Origin: Alphaproteobacteria bacterium
GTDB lineage: Bacteria; Pseudomonadota; Alphaproteobacteria; MPNO01; UBA830
Assembly: GCA_964291215.2 (NCBI GenBank)
Contig: OZ219790.1
Span: 1,088,001 to 1,152,000, forward strand
Reading direction: 5' to 3'
DNA: 64,000 nt
Shown here: positions 1-9,940 of the stretch, piece after piece
Layout: each line of letters opens with the position of its first letter
Numbering within the stretch: the first letter of the stretch is position 1
Made by a program: the position numbers and the translations under genes
The notes under the pieces: generated by a model
Told to the model about the DNA's origin: nothing
Databases searched by the model: none
The model's input: only the letters and a program-made list of their open reading frames with translations

Positions 1-242
1 AATCGTACATCTGCAACATGGAATAGTCGCCGACAAGCGATGCACGATACCCTGCGGCCCCTTTTCGCGAGTTTCAATCTGAGGAATGAATATCTCATGG
101 ATATCCTCGACGTCAAACAATGCGCACGACCTCCTATGTTTAAATATATCAAATTAAATTTTTGTTTTTATAAACAATTCGTAAACTTATTTCTTCCATT
201 GTTTAGATGAATGATTTGTCAATGTGCCAGAACCCCGGATAA

Positions 243-863
243 TCACCTCCTCTCTTGATCAGAACGGCAGGTGTCGGTGGATTTTTTGCTGACAACAGCG
301 ACATGGGGCAAAGGGGCCGATCCCTTCCAAAAGGAAGCCGGATCAAGTTCATTCGCCGTCCGATGCGCTGGTTGGCTAAAGCGGTGGGAATGGTGTTCGA
401 TGATTATATCGTCTTCAGTGCGCTGCTCGGTCAGAGCTCGAGCAAGCGGAGATTGCGAGAGTCTCTTTTGCAGACTGTCGAAGCTCATCCCGCGGAGCTG
501 GAACAGGAGCATCAGGTCACGATCAAGCAGGGAAGCAATCTTGTAGTACACCCCAGCCACGTGTTTGCAGGGCGATGCCCGATCCGGACATGAACATGTG
601 CTGATCAACTCACCAGAATCATGCGGTAACAGGCTTTTGCCCGTTTCGACAGACACCTTGTAACGCGGTTCCTTGTAGACGCCGAAATACGGGTTGATAT
701 TCCCACGCATCACCGCTCGCACCTTGCTGCCCGCAATCTCGAATTCCAGCAACCGGTTCGGGCCGGAATATGACCGGCCGCGTCGCAAACGACCTTCGTC
801 CATGCACCCCTCCAGGACGTCCAGGAAGACCTCGCCCCACCATGTTCTGCTCTTTCTGACCAT
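243..863 (-). CDS. SWIM zinc-finger protein, partner of the SNF2 helicase; possibly internally deleted or C-terminally frameshifted
   Basis: N-terminal TWWG..RL.RGRSY motif and CSCPD-x4-CKH SWIM motif; directly downstream of the SNF2 gene. Confidence 0.8.
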   Translation of the reverse strand: MVRKSRTWWGEVFLDVLEGCMDEGRLRRGRSYSGPNRLLEFEIAGSKVRAVMRGNINPYFGVYKEPRYKVSVETGKSLLPHDSGELISTCSCPDRASPCKHVAGVYYKIASLLDRDLMLLFQLRGMSFDSLQKRLSQSPLARALTEQRTEDDIIIEHHSHRFSQPAHRTANELDPASFWKGSAPLPHVAVVSKKSTDTCRSDQERR

Positions 864-865
864 GA

Positions 866-3800
866 TCAGGTCTCCAGTATCAGTTGTCGGTTCAACGCGA
901 TCAGATCCCGGAAAGCCGCGTTGTCCATCTCGGTCAGCCAGTCTTCGTTTGAACCGACGATATTCTCTGCGAGCGCCTGTTTGGATTCGATCATTGAATC
1001 GATCCGCTCTTCGAGGGTGCCGAGGACCACCATCTTATGGGCGAATACCGTCTTTTCCTGTCCGATTCTGTAGGCCCGATCGGTAGCCTGGTTCTCGACA
1101 GCCGGATTCCACCAACGGTCAAAATGAAAGACGTGATTGGCCTGCATCAGGGTGATGCCGACCCCGCCCGCCCTGAGCGAGAGGATGAAGATGCCGGGAG
1201 ACGCCTGCGGGTCCTGAAAACTCTCGATCATTTTCTCTCGACGGCTGCGGCTCGTCCCGCCATGCAGATAATGAACCGGACAACCATGACGCTCTCTCAA
1301 GAGTGTCTCGAGCCGATGGCCGACATCGGTAAACTGGGTAAAGACAAGCAGGCTGTCAGACCCGTCAAGCGCCTCCTCGATCATTTCGTTGAGGCGAGTC
1401 AGCTTGTGCGAGCGCGAAGCCTCAAAGGCGCTTCCGTCCTGGAGAAACTGGGAGGGATGATTGCAAATCTGCTTGAGCTTCATGAGCGTCGAGAGAATCA
1501 GTCCGCGGCGCTGCATGGACTCGGCCTCTTCGATCTGCTTTTGGACATCGTCGACAACCGCCTGATAGAGTGACGCCTGCTCTCTGGTTAGATTGCAGTA
1601 CACCTTCTGTTCGACCTTGTCCGGCAGATCGCTAATGATCGACTTGTCTGTCTTCAGGCGCCGAAGGATGAAAGGCCGCACCAAACTTTGAAGCTGTCGG
1701 CTGCGCGAGGGATCGGAGTCCCGCTGGATGGGCGTTTCGTAGGCACGCTTGAACCGGGCAACCGTGCCAAGGTAGCCAGGGTTGAGAAAGTTAAACAGTG
1801 ACCACAGGTCCATCAGCCGGTTTTCAACCGGTGTTCCGGTCACAGCGATTCGACGCGGGGCGCGCAGCGCGCAGATCGCACGTGCTTGTGCCGACTTCGG
1901 ATTCTTGATGTTCTGCGCCTCGTCTACCACCACTCTGTGCCAGTCAGTTGATTTCAACAGGTCCTTGTCGGACCGGGCAAGTGCAAATGAGGTAACGATC
2001 AGATCAGCGTGGTCGATCGCCGCAGCGAACGCCTCTGGATCCCGTGCCCGGTCAGAGCCATGATGGATCACACACGCCAGATCGGGAGCAAATTTCCCGA
2101 CCTCGCGTTTCCAGTTGCTGAGCACCGATGTCGGTGCAATAAGCAGGGTTGGCGCAGGCGCTTCAGGGTGCAGTTCTTGGCGCTCGCGCAGCAACAGCGC
2201 GATCAACTGTATGGTTTTGCCGAGCCCCATGTCGTCCGCGAGGCACGGGTTGAGCCCTAAGGCCTCCTGCATCGCGAGCCACGCCAACCCTTTCTTCTGA
2301 TAGGTTCTCAGGCTTCCCTGCAGGCCATGCGGGTCATCGGCCGGATCGATTGCATCCTGGTTTTGCAGCTGGCGCAGGGTCTTGTTCAAGACTTCGTCAA
2401 ACTCGAATGTGACAGCATCCTCGTCAGCTTCCGCGATGTCTTTCACAAGCTGGTTGAATCCGATACTGTCGTCATCAGTGCCCTTGCCACGCCACAGTTC
2501 CAGCATACCCGACAACTGCTCGCTGTTGATTTCCATCCATTCGCCACGAAACCGGACCAATGGTGATTTCGCGCTAACGAGCGCCAGCCATTCCTGTTCG
2601 CTGACCGGCTCACCGTCGATGGACAGGTCGTACTGATAGTCCACAAGAGAGTCGAGGCTGAGCATGCCGTGGCCTGTCTCGGTGGCCTTCGCCGGGTGCG
2701 CGGCCGCCTTGATCCGGATCCGTGCGCGGCGTCTTCCTTCCAGCGTCCACCAGCTTGGAAGCACGATCTTGAATCCGGCAGATTCGAGTACCGCCGCATC
2801 GTCTTTCAGGAACTCATACGCGGTATCGAGATTGATGCGCAGCCCTGTCGGCCTTGCAGATTCCATTCCCTGCCACAGGAGCGGACACATGCGTGCCGCA
2901 TGGCCGAGCCCGATCAGCAGATTGCGTTCAAACTGGGCGCCGAACTCCTTCAGCCATTGCTCCCTGTCGGCATCGGACAGTTTCCACCATTCCTCCAGAT
3001 CGAGTCTGAGTGACGGGTCGCGTCCGGACGACACGAAAAAATGCAAGCTCCAGTAGCCGTCATCACCTTCCTTGACCTCGTCAAGACGCACGCCAAGAAC
3101 AAAGCCCGGTTCATGAGTCCGAGCAACTATTTTGTCGTACCATGCTCGCCACTGCTTCAAATCCTCCGCTGACGGATTGTCTGGAGTCGTACCGTCGGCA
3201 GCGGCCTTTGATCCTCCAAGAGCACATACGAGCCAGGTGTCCTTGATTTTGTTCAGAAAACCCCGGGTAAAAGAGGTGTTGGCGACCAAGGATTCAAGCT
3301 GCTGTTCACTAAAATGCCTGAGCATTCCCAGTCGATCGAGCAGTATCGGTTTCGTGACCTGAAACACCTTTGTGCCCGTCGCCATAGCCTGGATCGCACA
3401 GACGTCTGGCATCGCCTGCGCAAACTCATGCAGCCCGCTTTCATAATGTCGTGCAACCGGAGCCCATCCGGTCAAAATCTCAACCCGGTCTTTCTTTGCG
3501 TCAACCTGGCGGGACTTCATGACCGGCAGAAACTGGTGTTGGCGCACGATATATCTGAGTTGTCGAGCATATCGGGTCCAAAACTGCAGACTGTACCCGG
3601 GTTGGGTTTGCTCAACTCCGTAACCAAACAACACTTCAAGTTCGCGCAGAAATGCAAGGGGTCTTGCAATCTCGATCGCACTGATCTCCCACGTTTCCCA
3701 AGTGCAGCTGTCCGGCAGGTACTCACCAGTCAATTGTGCCATCTCAAGACTGGGCAATGGTCGTCCGTTTTCGGTCGGGAGCGCTGCCCGAAACGTCGCG

Positions 3801-4018
3801 TTTCGCGCCTCAGCCAGAGTTATCGCTGAGTTCGACAAACCAAGTCTTGAAACCAGGAATTCTCGAATCCGGTCAGAGTGCAAGAGACTTCCCGGATGCT
3901 GGTACAACCTCCCCGTTTTCCCATCGGGACGGGATGTCTCAACCCAGAACAAAAATCGTCCGGGATTATCGAACGCAGGATCGGAAGGAACCGACCACAC
4001 TCCATGACAGATATCCAT
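866..4018 (-). CDS. SNF2-family (Swi2/Snf2) ATP-dependent helicase, 1050 aa
   Basis: LADDMGLGKT, VVDEAQNIKN, TGTPVENR, DRWWNPAVENQATDRAYRIGQ motifs. Confidence 0.95.
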   Translation of the reverse strand: MDICHGVWSVPSDPAFDNPGRFLFWVETSRPDGKTGRLYQHPGSLLHSDRIREFLVSRLGLSNSAITLAEARNATFRAALPTENGRPLPSLEMAQLTGEYLPDSCTWETWEISAIEIARPLAFLRELEVLFGYGVEQTQPGYSLQFWTRYARQLRYIVRQHQFLPVMKSRQVDAKKDRVEILTGWAPVARHYESGLHEFAQAMPDVCAIQAMATGTKVFQVTKPILLDRLGMLRHFSEQQLESLVANTSFTRGFLNKIKDTWLVCALGGSKAAADGTTPDNPSAEDLKQWRAWYDKIVARTHEPGFVLGVRLDEVKEGDDGYWSLHFFVSSGRDPSLRLDLEEWWKLSDADREQWLKEFGAQFERNLLIGLGHAARMCPLLWQGMESARPTGLRINLDTAYEFLKDDAAVLESAGFKIVLPSWWTLEGRRRARIRIKAAAHPAKATETGHGMLSLDSLVDYQYDLSIDGEPVSEQEWLALVSAKSPLVRFRGEWMEINSEQLSGMLELWRGKGTDDDSIGFNQLVKDIAEADEDAVTFEFDEVLNKTLRQLQNQDAIDPADDPHGLQGSLRTYQKKGLAWLAMQEALGLNPCLADDMGLGKTIQLIALLLRERQELHPEAPAPTLLIAPTSVLSNWKREVGKFAPDLACVIHHGSDRARDPEAFAAAIDHADLIVTSFALARSDKDLLKSTDWHRVVVDEAQNIKNPKSAQARAICALRAPRRIAVTGTPVENRLMDLWSLFNFLNPGYLGTVARFKRAYETPIQRDSDPSRSRQLQSLVRPFILRRLKTDKSIISDLPDKVEQKVYCNLTREQASLYQAVVDDVQKQIEEAESMQRRGLILSTLMKLKQICNHPSQFLQDGSAFEASRSHKLTRLNEMIEEALDGSDSLLVFTQFTDVGHRLETLLRERHGCPVHYLHGGTSRSRREKMIESFQDPQASPGIFILSLRAGGVGITLMQANHVFHFDRWWNPAVENQATDRAYRIGQEKTVFAHKMVVLGTLEERIDSMIESKQALAENIVGSNEDWLTEMDNAAFRDLIALNRQLILET

Positions 4019-4478
4019 GCAGCAGGACCTTTCACCTCACGACGAGCTATAAGCCCGAGGCGGCATTGTCCAGACCCCCGAGGCAACCGCTTACTCATCG
4101 CATATTCCGCACCGTGCACACAATTTGTTGCCAGAAGAGTGCGGTTGTCGGCTCCAACCCGCCCACAAGCGGGGACATCCGTTGCAACTCATCCACAGCC
4201 ATGGGACCACCGCCACGCGTCTGACCGTCAGCTGCGGGGTCGAGGCGCTAACGGGCTCCCGGGTCTCGGACGCTTGCTGGACGACCTGCGCCTGCAGGAG
4301 CGCCTGTTCTGGCGCGCGGGGACGCAGCTACGGGCCCGGGCGCGTGACCTCGGTACTTGCGGACGATCAGGATTGTGTTGTCTATCAATTTGCGGATGAA
4401 ACCGCACGTCAAGGTTGGCGCACAAGATGGTGTAGGACCAGGCAAGCGGCGGGCACCGTATCAATACGCAACATGCAC

Positions 4479-6026
4479 CTACTCGGCGGCCAGCGTCGGC
4501 GCTTCGGCGAGTTCCGCCATCGCCTTGTCGAGCGCCTCACCGTCCGGATCGGCCAGCGCTGCCGCGCGTGCAGATGCGACTGCATGTGCGGCCGATGCCG
4601 GTTCGCGCTCTCCGCGAGCTGAGGGCCTGGCGATCTCGCGCATCACGCGCTCGAAATTCGCCGCCCCGCGGCGGTGGGTATCCGAATACCCCTTGCGGAG
4701 ATTGGCGAGTTCGGCGGTCTCAACGGCCAAACGATAGTGCCGCGCCGCAGCCTTGCAAACCGTGTCGAGCCAGTTCTCTATAACCTGCTGTTCCTCGACG
4801 TAGCGAAAGGTCTTCGGACGGTAGAAGCGCAGTTTCGCGAGCACCCACAGCCGCAGGAACCCGAAAACGGTATCGGTGCGCACGCGCATCGCGAAGTGGA
4901 AGCCGCGCGCCCAGTCGTTGGTGCGCGCCCAAGCCATGATCGGCCGCCCGAGCCACGGCGGCATGACCGACGTGAACTCATCGAATCCCGGTTTGAGAAA
5001 CTCGCTGACGTGCACCGGCTCGCTGCTTCCCGCCGCCACCTCACGGCGCACCCGTTCCATGCGCGAACGCCGCGTTTTCAGGTCGGCGACCCGAATGATG
5101 TCCTCGTAGGCCATCATGAGAGCGAGATAGCGTGCGGTTTCCCGGGTCAGCGTCCAGTCTTCCGCTTCCCCGCCCCGTTCGCGGTCAGCGGCGACGACCG
5201 CGGCGAGGCGGTCGAGATAGAGGCGGGCATATACGGCATTCTGGTAGTCGGCGAGCCGCTTGACGCCTTCCGACACGATCATCTGGACATCGGCGGGAAA
5301 GGTCGACGCGACCTCGGCAAGAAGGTTTTCGGCACTTGGCCTTGCGGGACCGCTCCGGCGCTCCCGCTCCTCCGCCGGAGGACACAACTCGCCTTTCATG
5401 AAGGCGAGCCCGGCTTCGAACCCCCGAAGATTGGACTCTACCGCCACGCCGGCCTCACCGATTGCAGCCTCGAAATTCTCGATCGGAATCGGAAGTTCGC
5501 CGGATCCCGCAATGACGCCGAGAACGATCGCATTGAGCACCGTCCCCCGCTCCTCAGCAAGCCTCGCCATGTCGAACATCACGGCGCGCTTGGCAAGCTT
5601 TTCGGCTGCGTTGTGGAGACTGTCGCCCCGGAACAGCTCGTCGCTCATCGCCGACTTTTCGAGTATCGAATAGACGCGATGGGTCGAACTCACGAGAGTC
5701 GTCCGGTCCGGGGTGACCATGCCCCTTTCCAGCATGCGTCCGGCTTCCATGAGTTCCGAGGTGACAACGATGTCCATGTTGCCGGGCGCCGGATAGAGGG
5801 CCATGACCGGGCGCCGGCCGTCGAGTTCCTCGTGCTTCGCGGGGTAGATCTCGATGTAGTAGGTCGTCGCGCCGGTCCGCTGGGCGACGCCGGGGATGGA
5901 GGTCGACTGGATCGGATAGCCGCAGATCTCGGCGGCCCGCACGATCCAGGCGGTCAGAACGCCGCCGCCCTCGCCGCCGAGGGCGCCGACGACCATCGAG
6001 ACCGGACGTTCGGGCAGCGCCGTCAT
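4479..6026 (-). CDS. Indolepyruvate:ferredoxin oxidoreductase beta-subunit family protein
   Basis: ALGGEGGGVL and SIPGVAQRTGAT POR-gamma motifs; overlaps the alpha-subunit stop. Confidence 0.9.
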   Translation of the reverse strand: MTALPERPVSMVVGALGGEGGGVLTAWIVRAAEICGYPIQSTSIPGVAQRTGATTYYIEIYPAKHEELDGRRPVMALYPAPGNMDIVVTSELMEAGRMLERGMVTPDRTTLVSSTHRVYSILEKSAMSDELFRGDSLHNAAEKLAKRAVMFDMARLAEERGTVLNAIVLGVIAGSGELPIPIENFEAAIGEAGVAVESNLRGFEAGLAFMKGELCPPAEERERRSGPARPSAENLLAEVASTFPADVQMIVSEGVKRLADYQNAVYARLYLDRLAAVVAADRERGGEAEDWTLTRETARYLALMMAYEDIIRVADLKTRRSRMERVRREVAAGSSEPVHVSEFLKPGFDEFTSVMPPWLGRPIMAWARTNDWARGFHFAMRVRTDTVFGFLRLWVLAKLRFYRPKTFRYVEEQQVIENWLDTVCKAAARHYRLAVETAELANLRKGYSDTHRRGAANFERVMREIARPSARGEREPASAAHAVASARAAALADPDGEALDKAMAELAEAPTLAAE

Positions 6027-8230
6027 TCGGCCGCCACCCCGACCCCATCGGGCACCGAACCGGGCATCCCGGCCTCCTCCGCCGGCGCCTTTTCATCGCG
6101 GCCCTGGAGAAGGCCGATGACCGCGGTGCGGATGCGATGAAGGAGGGTATCGACGACGGACGGATTCTGGACGATGTCCGCCTTGAAGAAGGACGGGCAC
6201 AGCACGGCGGCATCGGAGACCTCACCGCACAGGCCGCAGCCGACACAGGAATTGAGAACCGTGGCCACCGGATCCTTGCGCAAGGGATCAGGATTGGGCT
6301 TGACCGACAGCGACGGGCATCCGGAGAGGCGGATGCAGGAATGGTCACCCGTGCAGGTGTCCTCATCGACACCGAAGCGAGTACGCACCACACGTTTTCC
6401 GGACCGGAGCGCCTTCGCGACCACCGGCTTCTCGCGCCGCTGCTTGGCGATCTGGCATTCGGCCTCGGCGATGATCACCTTGAGACCCTTTTCCGGCGAG
6501 GTCAGCGCCTCCTTGATCAGCGCGCGCATCTTGCCGACCTTGTAGGTGTACTGCTTGCGGATCCACTTGACGCCGACGCCCTTGAGCGCCGATTCGATCG
6601 GGATCACGGTGTCGGGCGGCCGCGCTCCGCCGGCAGTCGATGACGGCAGCTGCTGCTGTCCGGTAGCCGAGGAATAGCCGTTGGCCATCACGATCAGAAG
6701 ATTGTCGTGCTTGTTGAAGACGGCGCCGGTGATGCCGGTCGAGAGCCCATTGTGCCAGAACCCGCCGTCGCCCATGATCGAGATCGTGTGCCCTTTCATC
6801 GAGTCCTTGACGCCGGCTGAACTTGCGAGGCCGAGCCCGTAACCGGTGACCGTGTTGCCGAGGTTGAATGGCGGCAGGGCCGCGAACGTATGACAGCCGA
6901 TGTCAGCGGAGATATGCATCTTGCCGATTTCGGGATCCTGCTGCGCCAGCTTGAGGGCCGAGAACACAGGCCGTTCCGGACAGCCGGTGCAGAAGCCAGG
7001 CGGACGCGGAGGCACCGGGGAGCCAAGCAGGTCGGCTGCCAGCGCCTTGTTGTCGTCTATCGACTTGACGACGGCGGCGACAGTCGAGAGATCGATGCCC
7101 TTCGGCGCCGAACCCTCGATGAAGCCGGCAAGGCCCCGGATCATGACTTCGGACTGGTACTCGCCGGCCTCAGGAAACACCCCCTTGCCGACAATGGTGG
7201 TGTTCAGGTCAGCCTTGCGCAGCGCGGCGTTCAGGGCCTGCTCAAGATAGTCCGGAAAGCCCTCCTCGACGATGGCGACCGAGTGCTTTCCGGCGCAGAA
7301 TGCGACGATCTCGTCCGGGACCATCGGATAGGTGACGTTCATGCAGTAGATCGGAATGCGCGACGCGCCAAAGGGATCGGCCAGCCCGAGCTGCTGCAGC
7401 CCGCGAATCACCGAGTTGTAAAGGCCACCCTGGCAGATGATGCCGACATCGTGGCAGTCGCCTTCGAAGACTTCGTTGAGGCGATTCTCGCGAATGAAGT
7501 CGATCGCCGCGGGGAAGCGCTTCTCGACCTTCATCCGCTCCTGCATGTAGGTTGCCGGCGGCAGCGCAATACGGTCAAGGCTGTTGTCCGGCATCGGGAT
7601 CCGATCGTTCATCGAGTAGCGCGGTTTGCGGTTGTCCTTGGTCGCGAACCTGCCGGTCACGTGACACGCGCGGATTCGGAACTCCATCATCACGGGGCTG
7701 TTGCTGACCTCCGACAGCTCGAAAGCCTTTTCGACCAGTTCGACGATTCTGGGATGGTCGACGCGGGGATCCATCAACCACACTGAACACTTCATGGCGA
7801 AGGCGTGGCTGCGCTCCTGGATGATCGACGAGCCCTCGCCATAGTCCTCGCCGAGGATGATCAGCGCACCGCCCTTCACGCCGACAGAGGCGATATTCGA
7901 AAGCGCGTCCGAAGCAACATTGGTTCCAACCGTGGACTTCCAGGTCACGGCGCCACGAATCGGATAGTTGACAGAGGCCGCGAGCATGGCGCAGGCCGCG
8001 GCCTCGTTGGCGCAGACCTCGGCATGGACGCCGAGTTCCGACATGAGTCCCTTCGAATCGGACGTCAGCACATCCATCAGGTGCGAGACCGGCGCCCCCT
8101 GATAGCCGCCGACATAGGAAACCCCGGACTGCAGCAGGGCCTTGGTGATCGCGAGAATGCCCTCGCCCTCGAAATACTCCCCGTCGCCCCGGCGCAGCAT
8201 TTCGACTTCGCGTGCGAACGAACGTTCCAT
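6023..8230 (-). CDS. Indolepyruvate:ferredoxin oxidoreductase alpha subunit
   Basis: Likely start MERSFAREV at 8230; GYQGAP, CTGCPER, TPP-binding GDGG..N and C-terminal ferredoxin CxxCxxC. Confidence 0.92.
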   Translation of the reverse strand: MERSFAREVEMLRRGDGEYFEGEGILAITKALLQSGVSYVGGYQGAPVSHLMDVLTSDSKGLMSELGVHAEVCANEAAACAMLAASVNYPIRGAVTWKSTVGTNVASDALSNIASVGVKGGALIILGEDYGEGSSIIQERSHAFAMKCSVWLMDPRVDHPRIVELVEKAFELSEVSNSPVMMEFRIRACHVTGRFATKDNRKPRYSMNDRIPMPDNSLDRIALPPATYMQERMKVEKRFPAAIDFIRENRLNEVFEGDCHDVGIICQGGLYNSVIRGLQQLGLADPFGASRIPIYCMNVTYPMVPDEIVAFCAGKHSVAIVEEGFPDYLEQALNAALRKADLNTTIVGKGVFPEAGEYQSEVMIRGLAGFIEGSAPKGIDLSTVAAVVKSIDDNKALAADLLGSPVPPRPPGFCTGCPERPVFSALKLAQQDPEIGKMHISADIGCHTFAALPPFNLGNTVTGYGLGLASSAGVKDSMKGHTISIMGDGGFWHNGLSTGITGAVFNKHDNLLIVMANGYSSATGQQQLPSSTAGGARPPDTVIPIESALKGVGVKWIRKQYTYKVGKMRALIKEALTSPEKGLKVIIAEAECQIAKQRREKPVVAKALRSGKRVVRTRFGVDEDTCTGDHSCIRLSGCPSLSVKPNPDPLRKDPVATVLNSCVGCGLCGEVSDAAVLCPSFFKADIVQNPSVVDTLLHRIRTAVIGLLQGRDEKAPAEEAGMPGSVPDGVGVAAE

Positions 8231-8357
8231 TTCGCGCCTCCGCTTGGCCACCGAGCCAGATGTGCCACCCGACCAGATCGGATAATACAGGATCGCAGGC
8301 CATATACAAGCTGACGGCACCCGCAAAAACAGCGCCGGGCGCCAGTCGAACCGACCG

Positions 8358-9197
8358 CTACCCGGCCTCCGGTAGCCTCTGCAGGGCCATCGCCTCCTGG
8401 GCGTAGCAAGGATCGGTATAGCGTTCGCTCGCCGCCCGGATATGGGCAAGCACCGCCATGTCGCGGTCGCCGACTGGCACCGGATCGGCATCCCAGTGGC
8501 CAAACTCGTCCCGCCCCCGCACCAGGCTGGCCGGGCGCCGGCCTATCGTCGAACGCACATGGGTCGGAAAATAGAAGAAGGCGAGCCCTATCCTGGTGTC
8601 CGGCGAGACGTTGGGAGGCGAGCCATGGACGATCCGCTCGTGGTGGCAGGAGAACTGCCCGGCCCTGAGAACGAGGTCGACGGCCTCGCGGTCGTCGATA
8701 CCCTCTATGGACTGGCCGCGCGCGAGCAGGTTCTTTTCCGCAAATGTCTCGACATGGGAATGGGCGCGGCCGCGGTGCGAGCCCGGAATGACGCGCATGC
8801 AGCCGTTGTTCCGGTTGCTGTCGGTCAGCGCCAGCCACACGGTCACCAACTCGTGGGGATCGAGGCCGAAATACGCCGAATCCTGGTGCCACGAGACATA
8901 GGAATCATCGCCGCCCGGCTTGATCCAGAAACGCGACGACAACACGAGTATGTTCGGCCCGATGAGGTCCTCGACCACATCGAGAATGCGTGGATCACGC
9001 GAGAACTCCCAGGATCTCTGGAAGCCGAGATGTCCCTTCACCACGAGAGCCGCCGCCGACATCCGCTCTTCGCGTTCGAAGGCTTCGAGATCCCGACACA
9101 TCGCGGTCGCCTCCGCCGGATCAACGCCGTCGAAGGGCGCCAGATAGCCCTGTTCGTCGTAGGCGTGTAGCTGGCTTTCGGTGAGAACGCTGGGCAT
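8358..9197 (-). CDS. Phytanoyl-CoA dioxygenase (PhyH) family Fe(II)/2-oxoglutarate oxygenase
   Basis: WHQD (HxD), NGCMRVIPGSH and distal HGS motifs; start placed at MPSVLTESQ. Confidence 0.9.
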   Translation of the reverse strand: MPSVLTESQLHAYDEQGYLAPFDGVDPAEATAMCRDLEAFEREERMSAAALVVKGHLGFQRSWEFSRDPRILDVVEDLIGPNILVLSSRFWIKPGGDDSYVSWHQDSAYFGLDPHELVTVWLALTDSNRNNGCMRVIPGSHRGRAHSHVETFAEKNLLARGQSIEGIDDREAVDLVLRAGQFSCHHERIVHGSPPNVSPDTRIGLAFFYFPTHVRSTIGRRPASLVRGRDEFGHWDADPVPVGDRDMAVLAHIRAASERYTDPCYAQEAMALQRLPEAG

Positions 9198-9330
9198 GAA
9201 CGACCTCGCAACAGGCGGCGGCGGAGCCATACCGCCGGCCCCGGCTCACATTCTCTGCCGGGCGGCGGCCAAGCGCCGCGATTTTACCACGAAGGGTATA
9301 GAAGTCAGCGCCCGCACCGACCTGCGATCC

Positions 9331-9903
9331 TCAGCCCGTGCCGGACGGCCCCGTGTAATGCTCGGGAAACTCGGTCCGCACCACTTCGCTGTCGGATGCC
9401 CAGGCATGGCAGGTATTGAGCGGCGGACGCTGCGCGACCTTCTCCGTGGTGTCGTCCCGGTTGGCGGGCGAGGATCGCGACCAAAGCACCGAGTGGAGAG
9501 CGACCGTCGCAAGCGGTCGCAGGAGATCGACGAGATGCGTGCAGCCGAGCACACCGCCCAGGTGCTCGCGCACGCGCCGGTTCCAGCCGGGGCCGATCTT
9601 CAGGCCTGTGAGCTTCTGGAACGACGGCAGGATCGCGGGGCATATCTCGTAGGGCCCGGCGTCGGTCACCGCCTCGACGCCGCAGACGACCAGATCCGCA
9701 TCAACGGTCAGGCGAATCCACATGTCATGAAGAGGCTCCCCCGCCTCGATGCGGCCGCGGAAGATGTTGGAGAAAGGATAGGCCTTGACGTCGGTGAGAT
9801 GGCCCTCGATGTCCCACAGCCCGTCGCTGCGGCGATAGCTGCGACACGCGATCTCGCGCGCTGCGATCGGCTCCCGTTCGGGGTCCGGGTCGGTTAGCGG
9901 CAT
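9331..9903 (-). CDS. DUF2889 family protein
   Basis: R.DGLWDIEGHL.D.K and GCTHL.DLL motifs. Confidence 0.85.
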   Translation of the reverse strand: MPLTDPDPEREPIAAREIACRSYRRSDGLWDIEGHLTDVKAYPFSNIFRGRIEAGEPLHDMWIRLTVDADLVVCGVEAVTDAGPYEICPAILPSFQKLTGLKIGPGWNRRVREHLGGVLGCTHLVDLLRPLATVALHSVLWSRSSPANRDDTTEKVAQRPPLNTCHAWASDSEVVRTEFPEHYTGPSGTG

Positions 9904-9940
9904 GCCATACCTCCATATGTTTCGGTGCCTCGAGGCGGTT

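Noticed and set aside
4148-4180. CGGCTCCAACCCGCCCACAAGCGGGGAC, CRISPR-repeat-like hairpin
   Set aside because: Isolated, imperfect and not repeated.
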